A stretch of DNA of 64,000 nt from Candidatus Hodarchaeota archaeon (GTDB taxonomy: Archaea; Asgardarchaeota; Heimdallarchaeia; Hodarchaeales; Hodarchaeaceae): the NCBI GenBank assembly GCA_016839815.1, contig JAEOTM010000032.1, positions 1 through 64,000 on the forward strand, read 5' to 3'. Below the pieces are notes generated by a model. The model was not told the origin of the DNA, did no database searches, and was given only the letters and a program-made list of their open reading frames with translations. The position numbers were made by a program, and so were the translations under genes. This document shows positions 27,335 through 37,874 of this stretch, piece after piece (the stretch's first letter is position 1; the number at the start of each line of letters is the position of its first letter).

Positions 27335-29146
27335 TTATTCCTCTCTCTCCTTAACAATTTTTTCTAATGTAATTTTTATGTCAACTTGTCCATTTTCTTG
27401 CGTTTTCCAGAGTAATGGATAGATTTCGCCTATCTCTATCAACTCATCGTGAGTTCCTTCCTCAATAATTTGACCACGATTTAGGATTATAATGCGATCA
27501 ACATTCTTTATCGTACTAAGACGTTGAGTGATGAATATAACGGTATGTTTCATCGGTGAAGTCTTTAACATATCATCAAAAGCTTCTAGGAACGATGCTT
27601 CTGTAGAGATATCTAATGAGGAGGTAGCATCATCAAGAATCATAATAGGATTCTTACGGAGAAGCATTCGGGCAATGGCGAGTCTTTGTTTTTGACCACC
27701 TGATAGTGTTACTCCTCTCTCTCCAACAAGAGTATCAACACCCTCTGGTAAGGATTTTACGAACTCAGCTAATTGTGTTATTTCCAAGACTTTGTTTAAT
27801 TCCTCTGGTGTACTGTCTTCGAGTTCAAATGTCAAATTCTCAGCAATAGTGCGACCAAAAAGGAAAGGTTCCTGATGGACAAATCCAACACATTTTCTCC
27901 AAGTTGATAGATCGAGATCGTTAATATCATATGAATTCTCTCTATATCGAATGAAAACCCTTCCATTAGATACTTCCTGAAATCGAGGAATCAAAGAAAT
28001 TAATGTACTTTTACCAGAACCCGTTGATCCTAATATGGCAATTTTCTCTCCTGATTTAATTCTTAACGAAATATTAGAAAGTATTGGTCGGTCAGAATAT
28101 TGAAAAGAAATTTGATCAAATTGAATTTCAGGTGTTTGATCTGCAGGAACTCGATATCCAATCATTTCCTGTTCTGTGAATGATGTATCATCAATTAAAG
28201 AGAACACTCGATTCCCTGCTGCCACCACACGTTGATAAGTAATTAATGAAAAAGCGAGAAACCTTGTTGGTAAGGCAAGCATTATAAAGTACGTAAAGAG
28301 TGCAATCAGTGTTCCTGTAGTTATTCGTTCTTGAATGGCTGCTACTCCTCCCGCATAAATTAGTATAGTTACTAGTAAGTTTACAATTAATACAATTGAA
28401 GGTAGGAAAAGCGATCTGATTTTAAATGCGTAAGCTCTGAGCTCCATGTACCCTTGGTTTTGTTGATCAAATTTCCGTTTTTCACGATCCTCCGCATGAA
28501 ACGCTCTTACAATCTGGGCTCCAGAAATATTTTCAGTGATAACAGCGGTTAATTCTCCATACTTTTCCCGCAATTCAAAAAAAAGTGGTCCTAAAATACG
28601 AGAAATCCAATAAGAGAGGATAAGAAGGCTTGGTGTAACAATTGCTATCAAGATAAATAATGTAATATCAAGAGAAAGAAGAATCAAGTAAATACCTACA
28701 TAAGTTAAGAATGCTTGAAGTAAAATACGCTCTCCCCAAACTAAAAATTCTCCGATTGGTTCCAAATCTGTTGTTGCACGTGACATTAAGTCTCCAGTTC
28801 TGTGACGATCGAAAAATCTCATGTTGGATGTTTCATATTTTACAAACAGATCTGATCTAATTTTCCGAATGATTTCTTCTCCCTGCAAGTATCCTGAGTA
28901 TCTTCCTAAAAAGTGGGTGATATTTCGAATAAGACTAGCAATTATGATCGATAGGACTCCCGAAAGAACCAAAGATCCATCAAAATTTCCAGTTTCAATT
29001 GAATCTAGGATATTGTCAATCGTTAGTCCGATTATGAAGGGTATGGTTAATTCCGCAACATTAGAAATGAAAATAGCTACAACCACTATCAAAGCTAAAG
29101 CTTTTTGTGTAAGGATGTACGAAAATAGCTTTTTCAGGACATTCAC
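27335..29146 (-). CDS. Heterodimeric ABC exporter subunit (TMD+NBD)
   Basis: GSTGSGKS, LSGGQKQ, degenerate DDATS and TQRL; the usual asymmetric TM287/288-type pairing with its neighbour. Confidence 0.93.
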   Translation of the reverse strand: MNVLKKLFSYILTQKALALIVVVAIFISNVAELTIPFIIGLTIDNILDSIETGNFDGSLVLSGVLSIIIASLIRNITHFLGRYSGYLQGEEIIRKIRSDLFVKYETSNMRFFDRHRTGDLMSRATTDLEPIGEFLVWGERILLQAFLTYVGIYLILLSLDITLFILIAIVTPSLLILSYWISRILGPLFFELREKYGELTAVITENISGAQIVRAFHAEDREKRKFDQQNQGYMELRAYAFKIRSLFLPSIVLIVNLLVTILIYAGGVAAIQERITTGTLIALFTYFIMLALPTRFLAFSLITYQRVVAAGNRVFSLIDDTSFTEQEMIGYRVPADQTPEIQFDQISFQYSDRPILSNISLRIKSGEKIAILGSTGSGKSTLISLIPRFQEVSNGRVFIRYRENSYDINDLDLSTWRKCVGFVHQEPFLFGRTIAENLTFELEDSTPEELNKVLEITQLAEFVKSLPEGVDTLVGERGVTLSGGQKQRLAIARMLLRKNPIMILDDATSSLDISTEASFLEAFDDMLKTSPMKHTVIFITQRLSTIKNVDRIIILNRGQIIEEGTHDELIEIGEIYPLLWKTQENGQVDIKITLEKIVKEREE

Positions 29147-29189
29147 GAAGGACTAGCACCTCTAGGGGTACATTGATTGAGTAGGTAAC

Positions 29190-30104
29190 TTAAACTCCAG
29201 ACTCATCAATTCTTTCTTCAAAGTAGCTTAATAGGTCACTTTTCAAGTCGAAAATTGCATAAGGATTTGCAACGATTAAATTAAGCTGAAATAACGATCT
29301 TGTCTTCATAAACCAGCTTATTTCTGTGACTGTACGAGCACCGAATTCTTTAGAGGTAGCTTCTAGCGCCTTCTTTACGATGTTAATTGAATATTTATCT
29401 GCGTTAACATTGACCTCTAATGGATACAAGAAATATTTTTGGTCTTTCTGATTTGCGAACTTTGTTCTCATTCCCTTCAATATATCCACTACATCATCCA
29501 CACTATCGAATGTATCCCCTTCGTGATCTCTCCATGTGATTACTCCCTTATCAATCGATTCAGTAGGAATAGTTATTTCAGTATTCTTAATGATCGTTCC
29601 CAAAAGCTTTTGATTGGTAATTAAAACATGAATTCCTTCTGGGGTAAGAATGCTTGTGTAATTGATGGAAATTTCCTCAACAATACCCTCTACTTTAAGG
29701 TTGGGAAGAATAACATAATCCCCAACACTAAAGGGATTTGTCACAAGTAAGTAAATTCCACTGATAAAATTCCCAATCGTTGATGAAGAGGCAAATCCTA
29801 TTGCAGTACCGAGTAATGCGGCTGCAGCTATAAATAATTCATCTCCACCTAACCATAATAAACCTAAAAGTAATATTATGGCTCTTCCAAACGTTCGTAA
29901 TGCATTATGTTGAGTGGGTGTCAAATTTGATTTAATTCTATTAAGAATAAATCCCCAGAGAAGCCAGAAAACTACAATGACTAGAAGAGTAAACGCTAGA
30001 CCAATAATTTCGGGAGCAGAATTTTCTAAAAATTGCGTAATATCGCTTATTATATTATCAAGAGGATCTTGTAGGGCTGTCAAGAATATCACTTCGATAT
30101 ACAT
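29190..30104 (-). CDS. Small-conductance mechanosensitive channel (MscS family)
   Basis: 3 TM segments, GFAS..IGNFISG..PFSVGDYV, EGIVEEI..T.I. Confidence 0.88.
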   Translation of the reverse strand: MYIEVIFLTALQDPLDNIISDITQFLENSAPEIIGLAFTLLVIVVFWLLWGFILNRIKSNLTPTQHNALRTFGRAIILLLGLLWLGGDELFIAAAALLGTAIGFASSSTIGNFISGIYLLVTNPFSVGDYVILPNLKVEGIVEEISINYTSILTPEGIHVLITNQKLLGTIIKNTEITIPTESIDKGVITWRDHEGDTFDSVDDVVDILKGMRTKFANQKDQKYFLYPLEVNVNADKYSINIVKKALEATSKEFGARTVTEISWFMKTRSLFQLNLIVANPYAIFDLKSDLLSYFEERIDESGV

Positions 30105-30271
30105 ACGCGGTACTTATTTTTAATTATCTTACCTCTCCAATTCTCCCCTTCAGTAATTTTTGAAAAATCCTATTTCGTTACTGCTTCTATTTTCCTTAAA
30201 ATAGTAAAAATCTAGTCGAAAGTGATTACCATCCTTAGACTCCAAAAATAACTATCTTGAAATCAGTAAAT

Positions 30272-31399
30272 CTAATTTTTATGGATCGTAACAGAGCCAG
30301 TTGTAGTTTCAAGTGTAGATATGATTTTTAATGTCGCTAAATCAAAATTTGGGCTAAAATACGGAAGATCAATTGAGCTCGAAAATCCAGAAATGGTTGT
30401 TTGACCAGTAACAATTTTTGAGTCAAAATAGTATCCAATATTCTCTGTTTCATTATACTTAAAATGATAGTCTATGTCTCCAGTGATTACAAAGAGATCC
30501 AAAAAATACATAGTATTCTGACTATAGGTAAGAAATTGATTATGATTCGTAAAGATATTACCAGTTACTACTTCAATATTCCAGTATAGATCCCCTTCAG
30601 ATAATATATCCATAAAGTGCACATCAATTGAGCCTGTTACGGTTTTTATTTTATTAATAGTGCTCTCATAAGGAAAAAATGTGTTAATAAACGATGCAGA
30701 GATACTTCCAGTTGTTGTCTCTAATGAAACTTCCTCAATAGTGTTTTTTCCTTCCGCTTGAAACAATATTTCTCCAGTAATCACCTGCACATCAAAAGAT
30801 GCTTGTAATAGAGTGGAAACACGAATAAATATGTCATATTTCAAATTATCTCCAGTATATGGATTATAGGAATTAAACAAGAACAAAGTTCGATTGCCTA
30901 TTACTTGAACTTCAAATACATTTGAATCATTTATCGACTTGGATGAGGGCCCATATACTTCCAATTCAGTCATAACCAGGGTATCAGACTCATTCTCTCC
31001 AAAATCTACAACTATTGTACCTACAGAATTATCAATAATAAACTCCACTTCCCTCATTTCTGGATGATCTCTTCTATCAAAAACATCGAATGTACTCCCT
31101 AAGTATTCATAGGAGGTTTCATTCAGAATTAATGAGGTAAATAATGCTCCAGAAAGTACAACAATAATGATGACAGCAATAAAGCCAAAAATGAATGGTT
31201 TTCGGGAGGAAGAAACCCTCTGCGGAGACGAATAAAATTGAGGAGGAGAATCTAATCGTTGGTGTGATTCTTTGCTCGGAAAATATTTCTTTGCAGAAGA
31301 TATCTGAGAACTAACTGACGGGAGTTTTGCTCCACACTGTTCGCAAAATACGGAATCAATTGAAGCTTTCGAGCCACAGTTACGACAAAATTGAGTCAA
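30272..31399 (-). CDS. Zn-ribbon plus TM plus extracellular DUF4097-like beta-strand-repeat protein
   Basis: FCRNCG..FCEQCG, one TM, seven xxTGxI-type repeats (VITGEI, TTTGSI, TVTGSI, VVTGNI, VITGDI, IVTGQT, TTTGSV). TTG at 31399 follows GGTG; track start 31432. Confidence 0.7.
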   Translation of the reverse strand: MTQFCRNCGSKASIDSVFCEQCGAKLPSVSSQISSAKKYFPSKESHQRLDSPPQFYSSPQRVSSSRKPFIFGFIAVIIIVVLSGALFTSLILNETSYEYLGSTFDVFDRRDHPEMREVEFIIDNSVGTIVVDFGENESDTLVMTELEVYGPSSKSINDSNVFEVQVIGNRTLFLFNSYNPYTGDNLKYDIFIRVSTLLQASFDVQVITGEILFQAEGKNTIEEVSLETTTGSISASFINTFFPYESTINKIKTVTGSIDVHFMDILSEGDLYWNIEVVTGNIFTNHNQFLTYSQNTMYFLDLFVITGDIDYHFKYNETENIGYYFDSKIVTGQTTISGFSSSIDLPYFSPNFDLATLKIISTLETTTGSVTIHKN

Positions 31400-31551
31400 G
31401 ATATAACACCAAGTATAATAAGAATCAAGCACGAGAATTTATAATTCATCATATAGGGGAAGAGAATACTAGAGTAGATGTTGGTAGGTCTCGAATAATT
31501 GAATAACAACATGGTAAAGTCCATTCTAGCAGAAATTCTTGTATAAATTGA

Positions 31552-32475
31552 TCAATCAGGATGAGAAAGTTTTTCTACTGGATCAATTTCTCGTCTGAGG
31601 ATAAATAATGCACTCAGGATTCCAATCAACCCAAAAATTTTGTTGAATGATTGAAACGTGAGAGCTCCCGCAGTAGTGTATACTAGTTCCTCATAAAATA
31701 CAAAATAAGCTCCGATAAACGCAATGGTAACAGATAAGGCATTGGTAATGGGAGATACAATTGATAAGCGGCCACGTTCAAACGCTAATTGCTGCGCAAT
31801 TGTCGCAAAACCATAGGTAATTATAAGCATGCAAAAAGAGTATAGGATTAGGCCTTCTTTTGGGATAGCTGTCTGAATTTCTCCATTCAGACCGATTAAT
31901 AAGCTTTTGGTAAAAAATGTTCCAATTCCAAAGAAAGCTCCAGCAAAAATTGGGAGAATGAATTCTGTAGGAGCGTTTGTTTTCATAATAAAAAGCACAC
32001 TAATCATTAACACGATCAGTCCAATTGTGAGCGGGAAGAAGAAAAGAAGCAAGGACTCATTAAGAACATCGGTAGACTCTATACTAGGTGCTAAGGCAAT
32101 CAGGAGGATTCCTATTATTAATATTCCGACCCCAATCCATTCAATAATTGATAATCGTTCTTTAAATACAACTGCTGCAAAAATAAATGTGAATAATAAA
32201 TTAGTATTGACCAGGGGTTTAACAATGGACACATCATAAGTGTTTAGAGCAATTGTATAAATAATAAAGCCTGTTAAGGCAGCTATGCCTCCGACAAACC
32301 ACATGGGTGTGGTGAGTAAGTTCCACGCAGCTGGAAGAACATCTCGAAAGAAATCATTTAGTTTAATCCCTCCAGATCTGAAAATACCGATTTTCATAAT
32401 GATTGCAGAACCCCCCGAAATAATCCCATATATGAGCATGAAAATCAATACACCAATATTACTATCCAACGTCAT
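31552..32475 (-). CDS. DMT/EamA family transporter
   Basis: About 9-10 TM segments, two repeats with SIVKPL and SIVSPI, FKERLS. Confidence 0.85.
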   Translation of the reverse strand: MTLDSNIGVLIFMLIYGIISGGSAIIMKIGIFRSGGIKLNDFFRDVLPAAWNLLTTPMWFVGGIAALTGFIIYTIALNTYDVSIVKPLVNTNLLFTFIFAAVVFKERLSIIEWIGVGILIIGILLIALAPSIESTDVLNESLLLFFFPLTIGLIVLMISVLFIMKTNAPTEFILPIFAGAFFGIGTFFTKSLLIGLNGEIQTAIPKEGLILYSFCMLIITYGFATIAQQLAFERGRLSIVSPITNALSVTIAFIGAYFVFYEELVYTTAGALTFQSFNKIFGLIGILSALFILRREIDPVEKLSHPD

Positions 32476-32531
32476 ACGTATACCTCTCTGTTAATTTTTA
32501 TTCAGGGGTAATTAGGGGGAGGATTATACCT

Positions 32532-33221
32532 TTATTCTTCTTCTTCCAAACGAATTTCGGATAATTCCTTAATTTCGTCCTGAAATGGATTCGAACCATC
32601 CTCTTGAAGTATTTCAGGGTTCTGTGTTAAGTAGGAAAGCTCATCGGGGGATAATTCCACAGGAGAATTAACAGAATTAGTTGGTTGTTCAGATTCAGTC
32701 GACTCCTCTAAGGAAGGGGAAGAGGAGGATTCTTCGTTCACATTTTCTTGGATTTCTTCATCGATCTTTTCTTCACCAAGAGTGAGATAGCGTAATTCCT
32801 GGGAAGAAAGTTGATGCGAAGTATCTTGCATAATCGGCTGTGGCAAATTTGTTATGGCACTAGGTTCATGAACTACAGGTTCCTTTCGTGTCTTACCTGT
32901 AATTGATTCATAGGTTTCTTGGTCAACATAAGAAATTGTGGTCTCGTGAGTAACCCGATCATCTAGTAAATCATTATCTAATTCGATGTGAATAAAGAGT
33001 TTGCCATAATCCCGTAGAGGAATAACTGGTACGTGAACTTCCAAAAAATCACGATTAGAAGCCCCAGTATATTGGCTACGTACATGCTTTGTCTCATCAA
33101 AAATTTTTACGCGATATTTAGTAAGCCCTTCATTTAATTTGCAGCGAATGTAAAAAGGAATGGGGATATTCATAACAGAAAATTCGTCTCCCGCATCATC
33201 CACAATTTCTATCTTGGTCAT
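32532..33221 (-). CDS. Hypothetical protein: beta-rich N-terminal domain plus acidic disordered tail
   Basis: 229-aa ORF; tail rich in E/S/P with two LSxxELxYLT motifs. Confidence 0.7.
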   Translation of the reverse strand: MTKIEIVDDAGDEFSVMNIPIPFYIRCKLNEGLTKYRVKIFDETKHVRSQYTGASNRDFLEVHVPVIPLRDYGKLFIHIELDNDLLDDRVTHETTISYVDQETYESITGKTRKEPVVHEPSAITNLPQPIMQDTSHQLSSQELRYLTLGEEKIDEEIQENVNEESSSSPSLEESTESEQPTNSVNSPVELSPDELSYLTQNPEILQEDGSNPFQDEIKELSEIRLEEEE

Positions 33222-33618
33222 GCCTTTCTACTTTCCAGAATTAGTATAATTTGGGTAATCACTCAGAAAAATACTAGGTTTACTTTAAAGATTAGTTTCG
33301 GTCAATCTATTAATTAATTATATGGAAGAATGAATCCCAGAGTACCCGTCTTTACGAGAAATGTCAAAAAAATCGTATTTTCAACAGGAAATCAATAAAA
33401 AATAACCTATTAATGCAAAACATCTATTATGGAGAATAGAAGGAAGGAGAAACCGAAATATCTCCTTCTTTCCATAAAATGGGTTGAATTATGGGTAGAA
33501 ATAGTTGGATATATCTAATTAACAATTGTGAATTTTGATTTAAAAATATTCCTAAAATCCATTCAAGGCTTGAAACTTGAAAAACTAGATTTTTATTCAG
33601 GAATTAGATAGAATAATC

Positions 33619-35334
33619 ATGAACAATTTTCTGAAAAATCCAAAACACAAATTTCTCTTAATTTTTAGTTGTTTCAGTATAAGCTTATTCATATGGACTC
33701 TTACTCCATCTTCTTACCCTATTACAGCAGATACATACGCACCAGATTTTAAAAATGCATCAACAAGTGTTTCAGATACTGTGAATCTCACACTCTTACA
33801 TATTAATGACCTTCATGGATGGTTGAATCCACGTGATGGTATAGGAGGCGTGGCTTCATATATGGGGTATTTTCAAGGGGAAGGATTTGACCCGAATGAA
33901 GAGAATACATCATTCATTCTTCTATCAGGAGGAGATCAAAATACAGGCCCTGCTACTGCGACCTTGAGTAAAGGTGAAGCGGTAATCGATGTAATGAATG
34001 CCATGGGATTTGATGCGGCGTGTATTGGTAATCATGAGTTTGATTATGGTGTAGAATGGATATATAAAAGAAAAACACAGGCTAATTTTCCAATTCTTTC
34101 TTCTAACATTTTTTATAAAGGTACATTAGACTTAGCGAATTTTGCTATCCCGTGGGTTATTCAGAATCACTCTGGAGTAAATGTAGGTATTATTGGGTTA
34201 ACTACTACCTCAACCTCGACTTCAGCTCATCCAAAGGTTACAGGTGACTTTGACTTTGGAGATTACGAAAATGCCTTAAGAGAATATACTCCAGTTGTTA
34301 AAGCTGCAGGTGCAGATATAATTATTATCCTTGCACATGTTCCTCCAACTGGATTAGAGAGTTTAGCTAGCGATACCTCTGATTTGGGAATAACCGTTTT
34401 TCTTGGAGGACATGGTGGTGGGGGTTCTATATCCCACGTAGGAAATTCAATCGTCGCTGCAGCAGAACATAAGGCTCAAGAATATGTGAAAATTGATTTA
34501 ATGATTAATAAGAGTACAAATGAAGTACTCTCAAGTCAAGGAACGCGTATTGATAATATTGACGGCGGTGTGACTCCTAATTCTAATATTCAGACAATTG
34601 TGGATCAATGGGATTCTTTAATCAACGCAGGAGAAATTCTTACTTATTCAAGTGAAGATATATACGATTCAGGTGTCAATTCAGGTATCAGCGCGCTGGT
34701 AACTGATGCTTTTATCCATTATTTTGATTATAAATTTAATTTTGGCATTACAAACCGTGGAGGGGGATTCCGGGATTATTTCAGGCAAGGCAGTATTTCC
34801 ATTTCCGATGTAGTATCAGTAATACCTTTTGAAAACAATTTAATGATCTTTAATATGACTGGTGAAGAGCTGGAGCAATTCAATTACTTTTCAGGGTATG
34901 CGCTCTCAGGGATTCAGCAAGTAAGTGATGAGTATTATATTCAGGAAAATGGAGTATATGCTCCTTTAAATCTCACTAAGAGTTATATAGGGATTATCTG
35001 TGATTATCCTTGGTATGTAAGTTATCAAAACGACTTTAATGTTACTGATACTGGAATACATTATCGAGATACAGTAATATCCTATTTTAGAAAACTTAAT
35101 GATCTCGCATTACACCATGATGTAAATCGAACCTTACTGCCATTAACTACAATTCCCAGTACAAGTACCTCTGACAGTACAAATACTCTTGACAGTAATA
35201 CCTCTATTACGACAGAAAACACAGAGAATACTAGTTCTTCTCTTTCGAGTACCAATGGTACAAGCAATTCATTACTTATGATCCTACTTTCCATACCTTT
35301 ACTCGCAGTATTTCGATATCAGAAAAAACAGTAG
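33619..35334 (+). CDS. Secreted, membrane-anchored 5'-nucleotidase / bifunctional metallophosphoesterase
   Basis: HINDLHG, SGGD, GNHEFD, LAH, GGH, NRGGGFR, IPFEN; Ser/Thr linker and C-terminal TM. Confidence 0.92.
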   Translation: MNNFLKNPKHKFLLIFSCFSISLFIWTLTPSSYPITADTYAPDFKNASTSVSDTVNLTLLHINDLHGWLNPRDGIGGVASYMGYFQGEGFDPNEENTSFILLSGGDQNTGPATATLSKGEAVIDVMNAMGFDAACIGNHEFDYGVEWIYKRKTQANFPILSSNIFYKGTLDLANFAIPWVIQNHSGVNVGIIGLTTTSTSTSAHPKVTGDFDFGDYENALREYTPVVKAAGADIIIILAHVPPTGLESLASDTSDLGITVFLGGHGGGGSISHVGNSIVAAAEHKAQEYVKIDLMINKSTNEVLSSQGTRIDNIDGGVTPNSNIQTIVDQWDSLINAGEILTYSSEDIYDSGVNSGISALVTDAFIHYFDYKFNFGITNRGGGFRDYFRQGSISISDVVSVIPFENNLMIFNMTGEELEQFNYFSGYALSGIQQVSDEYYIQENGVYAPLNLTKSYIGIICDYPWYVSYQNDFNVTDTGIHYRDTVISYFRKLNDLALHHDVNRTLLPLTTIPSTSTSDSTNTLDSNTSITTENTENTSSSLSSTNGTSNSLLMILLSIPLLAVFRYQKKQ

Positions 35335-35353
35335 AATATCTAATATTTAGGAA

Positions 35354-35782
35354 TTATGATCCTGGTTTAACTCGCTTGGAAAAATAACTTACCTCTTCCC
35401 AGTTAGTGTATCCAGCATTATGAAAGCATAACTTACTTGTGGTATTATCCTCAAAGATTAGGGCACTGTACACTTCTATCTGTTTATCATTAAGTAAATG
35501 TTCTTCTGCAGCCAGTACTAATTCTTTCCCTATTCCCTGATTTTGATTTGCTGGATGTACCGCTAATCGATTAATCCACCCTTTTCGTTCATCATGAGTA
35601 ACTAATACGACACCAATCAACTTATTGTTGTCAAATTTCCCCAGTAATGTGACATTTCCAGATTCTAATTGCTCTTTCACACGATCAGGATGATCACGTC
35701 CATCTACTCGTGGATTCAATCCAACTAACTCCCATAGTTCTAACACTTCAGGATAATTGGAGAGAGAAAGCTGCTGAATCAC
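35354..35782 (-). CDS. GNAT family N-acetyltransferase
   Basis: GWINRLAVHP..QNQGIGKEL, N..S..F..GY. Confidence 0.9.
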   Translation of the reverse strand: MIQQLSLSNYPEVLELWELVGLNPRVDGRDHPDRVKEQLESGNVTLLGKFDNNKLIGVVLVTHDERKGWINRLAVHPANQNQGIGKELVLAAEEHLLNDKQIEVYSALIFEDNTTSKLCFHNAGYTNWEEVSYFSKRVKPGS

Positions 35783-35799
35783 TGATATTTCCCTCTATA

Positions 35800-36624
35800 T
35801 TACTTCTTCCTCAATGATTTCCACTTAGACATGAATTCGCTAGCTTTTTCTAGATCAATGGGTGAATGCAGATTAGAAATATCGTATTTCAATGAACTTC
35901 CAATGATAACACCTGAAATAAGGGGAAATACCGTACTTACATTTTCCATGGTTACCCCACTACCTAAGAATGGCTTATGCTTAGTTTTTGCAACGAATTG
36001 TGTTAATGTGTCTAAAGGGAGAAGTGATCCTGTTTCCCTTCCAGATAATATAATTCCATCTGCACCTCCACGGTCCAACGCATTTCTAGCTGCTTCTTCT
36101 AAAGAAAACTGTCCAAGGGGTGTAGCATGCTTTACTCCGACATCTGCAAGAACTAATACTTCTGAATGTAATCTCTGTTTTTCGTGTATAACTTCCGATG
36201 CCAATCCTTCAATAATCCCTTGATCCGTCACGTATGCTCCTTCCCAAATATTACACCTAATGAAACTAGCGTGATTAAGTGTAGCAATAGTTAATGCCTG
36301 TAAACATGCATTACGAAGAATATTTACTCCAACAGCTATATCAGGAACGGACTCAATTATCTTATTGACAATTTTACTCATTATTAGAAATTTTGCATCT
36401 GAAATTCGTGTTTTGGTATATGGAATGTCGTGAAAGTTCTCTATAAGTAAAGCATCAAATCCTGCTTGTTTTAAGGTAAGCGCATCCGCAATACTTTTTC
36501 TGAATGACTCATTAAAATCGAAATCTGGAGAGAGAGAGCTTTCAAAAGACGGTAAATGTATCATTCCGATAGCTGGTTTCAGGTTCAAATCCAGAGGATG
36601 TTTCGAGATTGGCATATAGGTCAC
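35800..36624 (-). CDS. BtpA/SgcQ family TIM-barrel protein
   Basis: IGMIHL, IENFHDIPY, GVNILRN, DQGIIEG, ADVGVKHA, GSGVT, IGSSLK. Confidence 0.92.
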   Translation of the reverse strand: MTYMPISKHPLDLNLKPAIGMIHLPSFESSLSPDFDFNESFRKSIADALTLKQAGFDALLIENFHDIPYTKTRISDAKFLIMSKIVNKIIESVPDIAVGVNILRNACLQALTIATLNHASFIRCNIWEGAYVTDQGIIEGLASEVIHEKQRLHSEVLVLADVGVKHATPLGQFSLEEAARNALDRGGADGIILSGRETGSLLPLDTLTQFVAKTKHKPFLGSGVTMENVSTVFPLISGVIIGSSLKYDISNLHSPIDLEKASEFMSKWKSLRKK

Positions 36625-36812
36625 TTCAGATATTTAATTCCATTCTAACCTCTAGCTGTTATAATTCTTAAGTACCCCCACATTAGAAAAGTTAAAACGA
36701 TCATCGTTAAAGAGAATTGAGTGAATGTGATGACGGTTTTACCGGCTGAACTAAGTAGATTACTATTTAGAGATGATGAGTACTGGCAACCTGATCATAT
36801 AGATGAAATTAA

Positions 36813-37748
36813 ATGAGCACGTGTACTTGTGGAGCATTAGTAGAGCATAATGATCCATTCAATCCATATTCTGGTAATAAGTGCTCTTCTTGCTTTATAG
36901 GATATATAGAGAAGAAAATTCTGAATGGTGTGCCTCGTAGGGTAAGAGGTCATCCAATCCTTGTTGCAGTTTCTGGAGGGAAGGATAGCTTAGCATTACT
37001 CAGTGTTCTATTTACTTTTCGGCAGGAACTCAAAATTCCTTCAATAACTGTTGTTATTCTTGAGGAGGAAATCCTGGATATTAAGCATGAAAGGCAACAA
37101 ACAATTCAATATTTAAAGAACCACTTTTCAGGATTACCGATTATTTATACGAATTACTCAAACCTATTCGGCTATAGCTTACCAGATCTTGTTGCCACAA
37201 ATGACGCTATAAAACTTGGTTATACACCATGTGCCATATGTGGTGTATTTCGTAAGCAGGCTCTTTTTAACTTGGCTCTTCAACACGGTATTAATTTCAT
37301 TGCTCTTGGTACAACCTTAGAAGATGAAACGGCTACCACATTGCTGAATGTAGTTAGAGGAATTTCTCGGACTAAAAAAAATCAGATTTCCACATCCAAT
37401 ATCGATGAACATTTTAAGTTTCCAGAAAGAATTAAACCCCTGGCACGTATTTCTGAAGATCTCATCCGTACCTATATAAAAATTAAGCAAATCCCTACGA
37501 TTTCAAAGCCATGTCCATATGCGAAACGGTCCTTAAGGTCAGAAATAACACCTTTTATTTCTTCATTGAAATCTCGCGATCCTCAAGGTTCATTCCTTTA
37601 CAATATTCTTAAAACTAGACATCTTTTAAAGGAAATGACAATACCTCAGCAGCCTCTTTATCAATGTGAGCGGTGTCAAATGATCTCTCATCAAATTCTT
37701 TGTCCAAGTTGTCGTATTATTGTGAAACTATTGAAGTCTGACAAATAA
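36813..37748 (+). CDS. TtuA/Ncs6/TtcA family tRNA thiolation PP-loop ATPase
   Basis: N-terminal Cys cluster, SGGKDS, CAICGVFRK, RIKPL, CPY, C-terminal CERC..CPSC. Confidence 0.85.
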   Translation: MSTCTCGALVEHNDPFNPYSGNKCSSCFIGYIEKKILNGVPRRVRGHPILVAVSGGKDSLALLSVLFTFRQELKIPSITVVILEEEILDIKHERQQTIQYLKNHFSGLPIIYTNYSNLFGYSLPDLVATNDAIKLGYTPCAICGVFRKQALFNLALQHGINFIALGTTLEDETATTLLNVVRGISRTKKNQISTSNIDEHFKFPERIKPLARISEDLIRTYIKIKQIPTISKPCPYAKRSLRSEITPFISSLKSRDPQGSFLYNILKTRHLLKEMTIPQQPLYQCERCQMISHQILCPSCRIIVKLLKSDK

Positions 37749-37874
37749 CTCCTTTGCCAAGATGTAATTAGTTTTATGGCGGGGATACGAATCTATATTA
37801 GCTTGTATTCTTCCTTCAAATTTATTCTAATCTATAGAAAAATGTCTTCAGAAGTAAGAAAAACGGTTTAAGTC

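Noticed and set aside
25558-29146. Degenerate ABC motifs (LSMGE, DD, Q-switch)
   Set aside because: Expected asymmetry of heterodimeric ABC exporters.
36696-36708. Palindrome AACGAT-C-ATCGTT in the BtpA/TtuA divergent region
   Set aside because: Single short site with no second copy or adjacent regulator.
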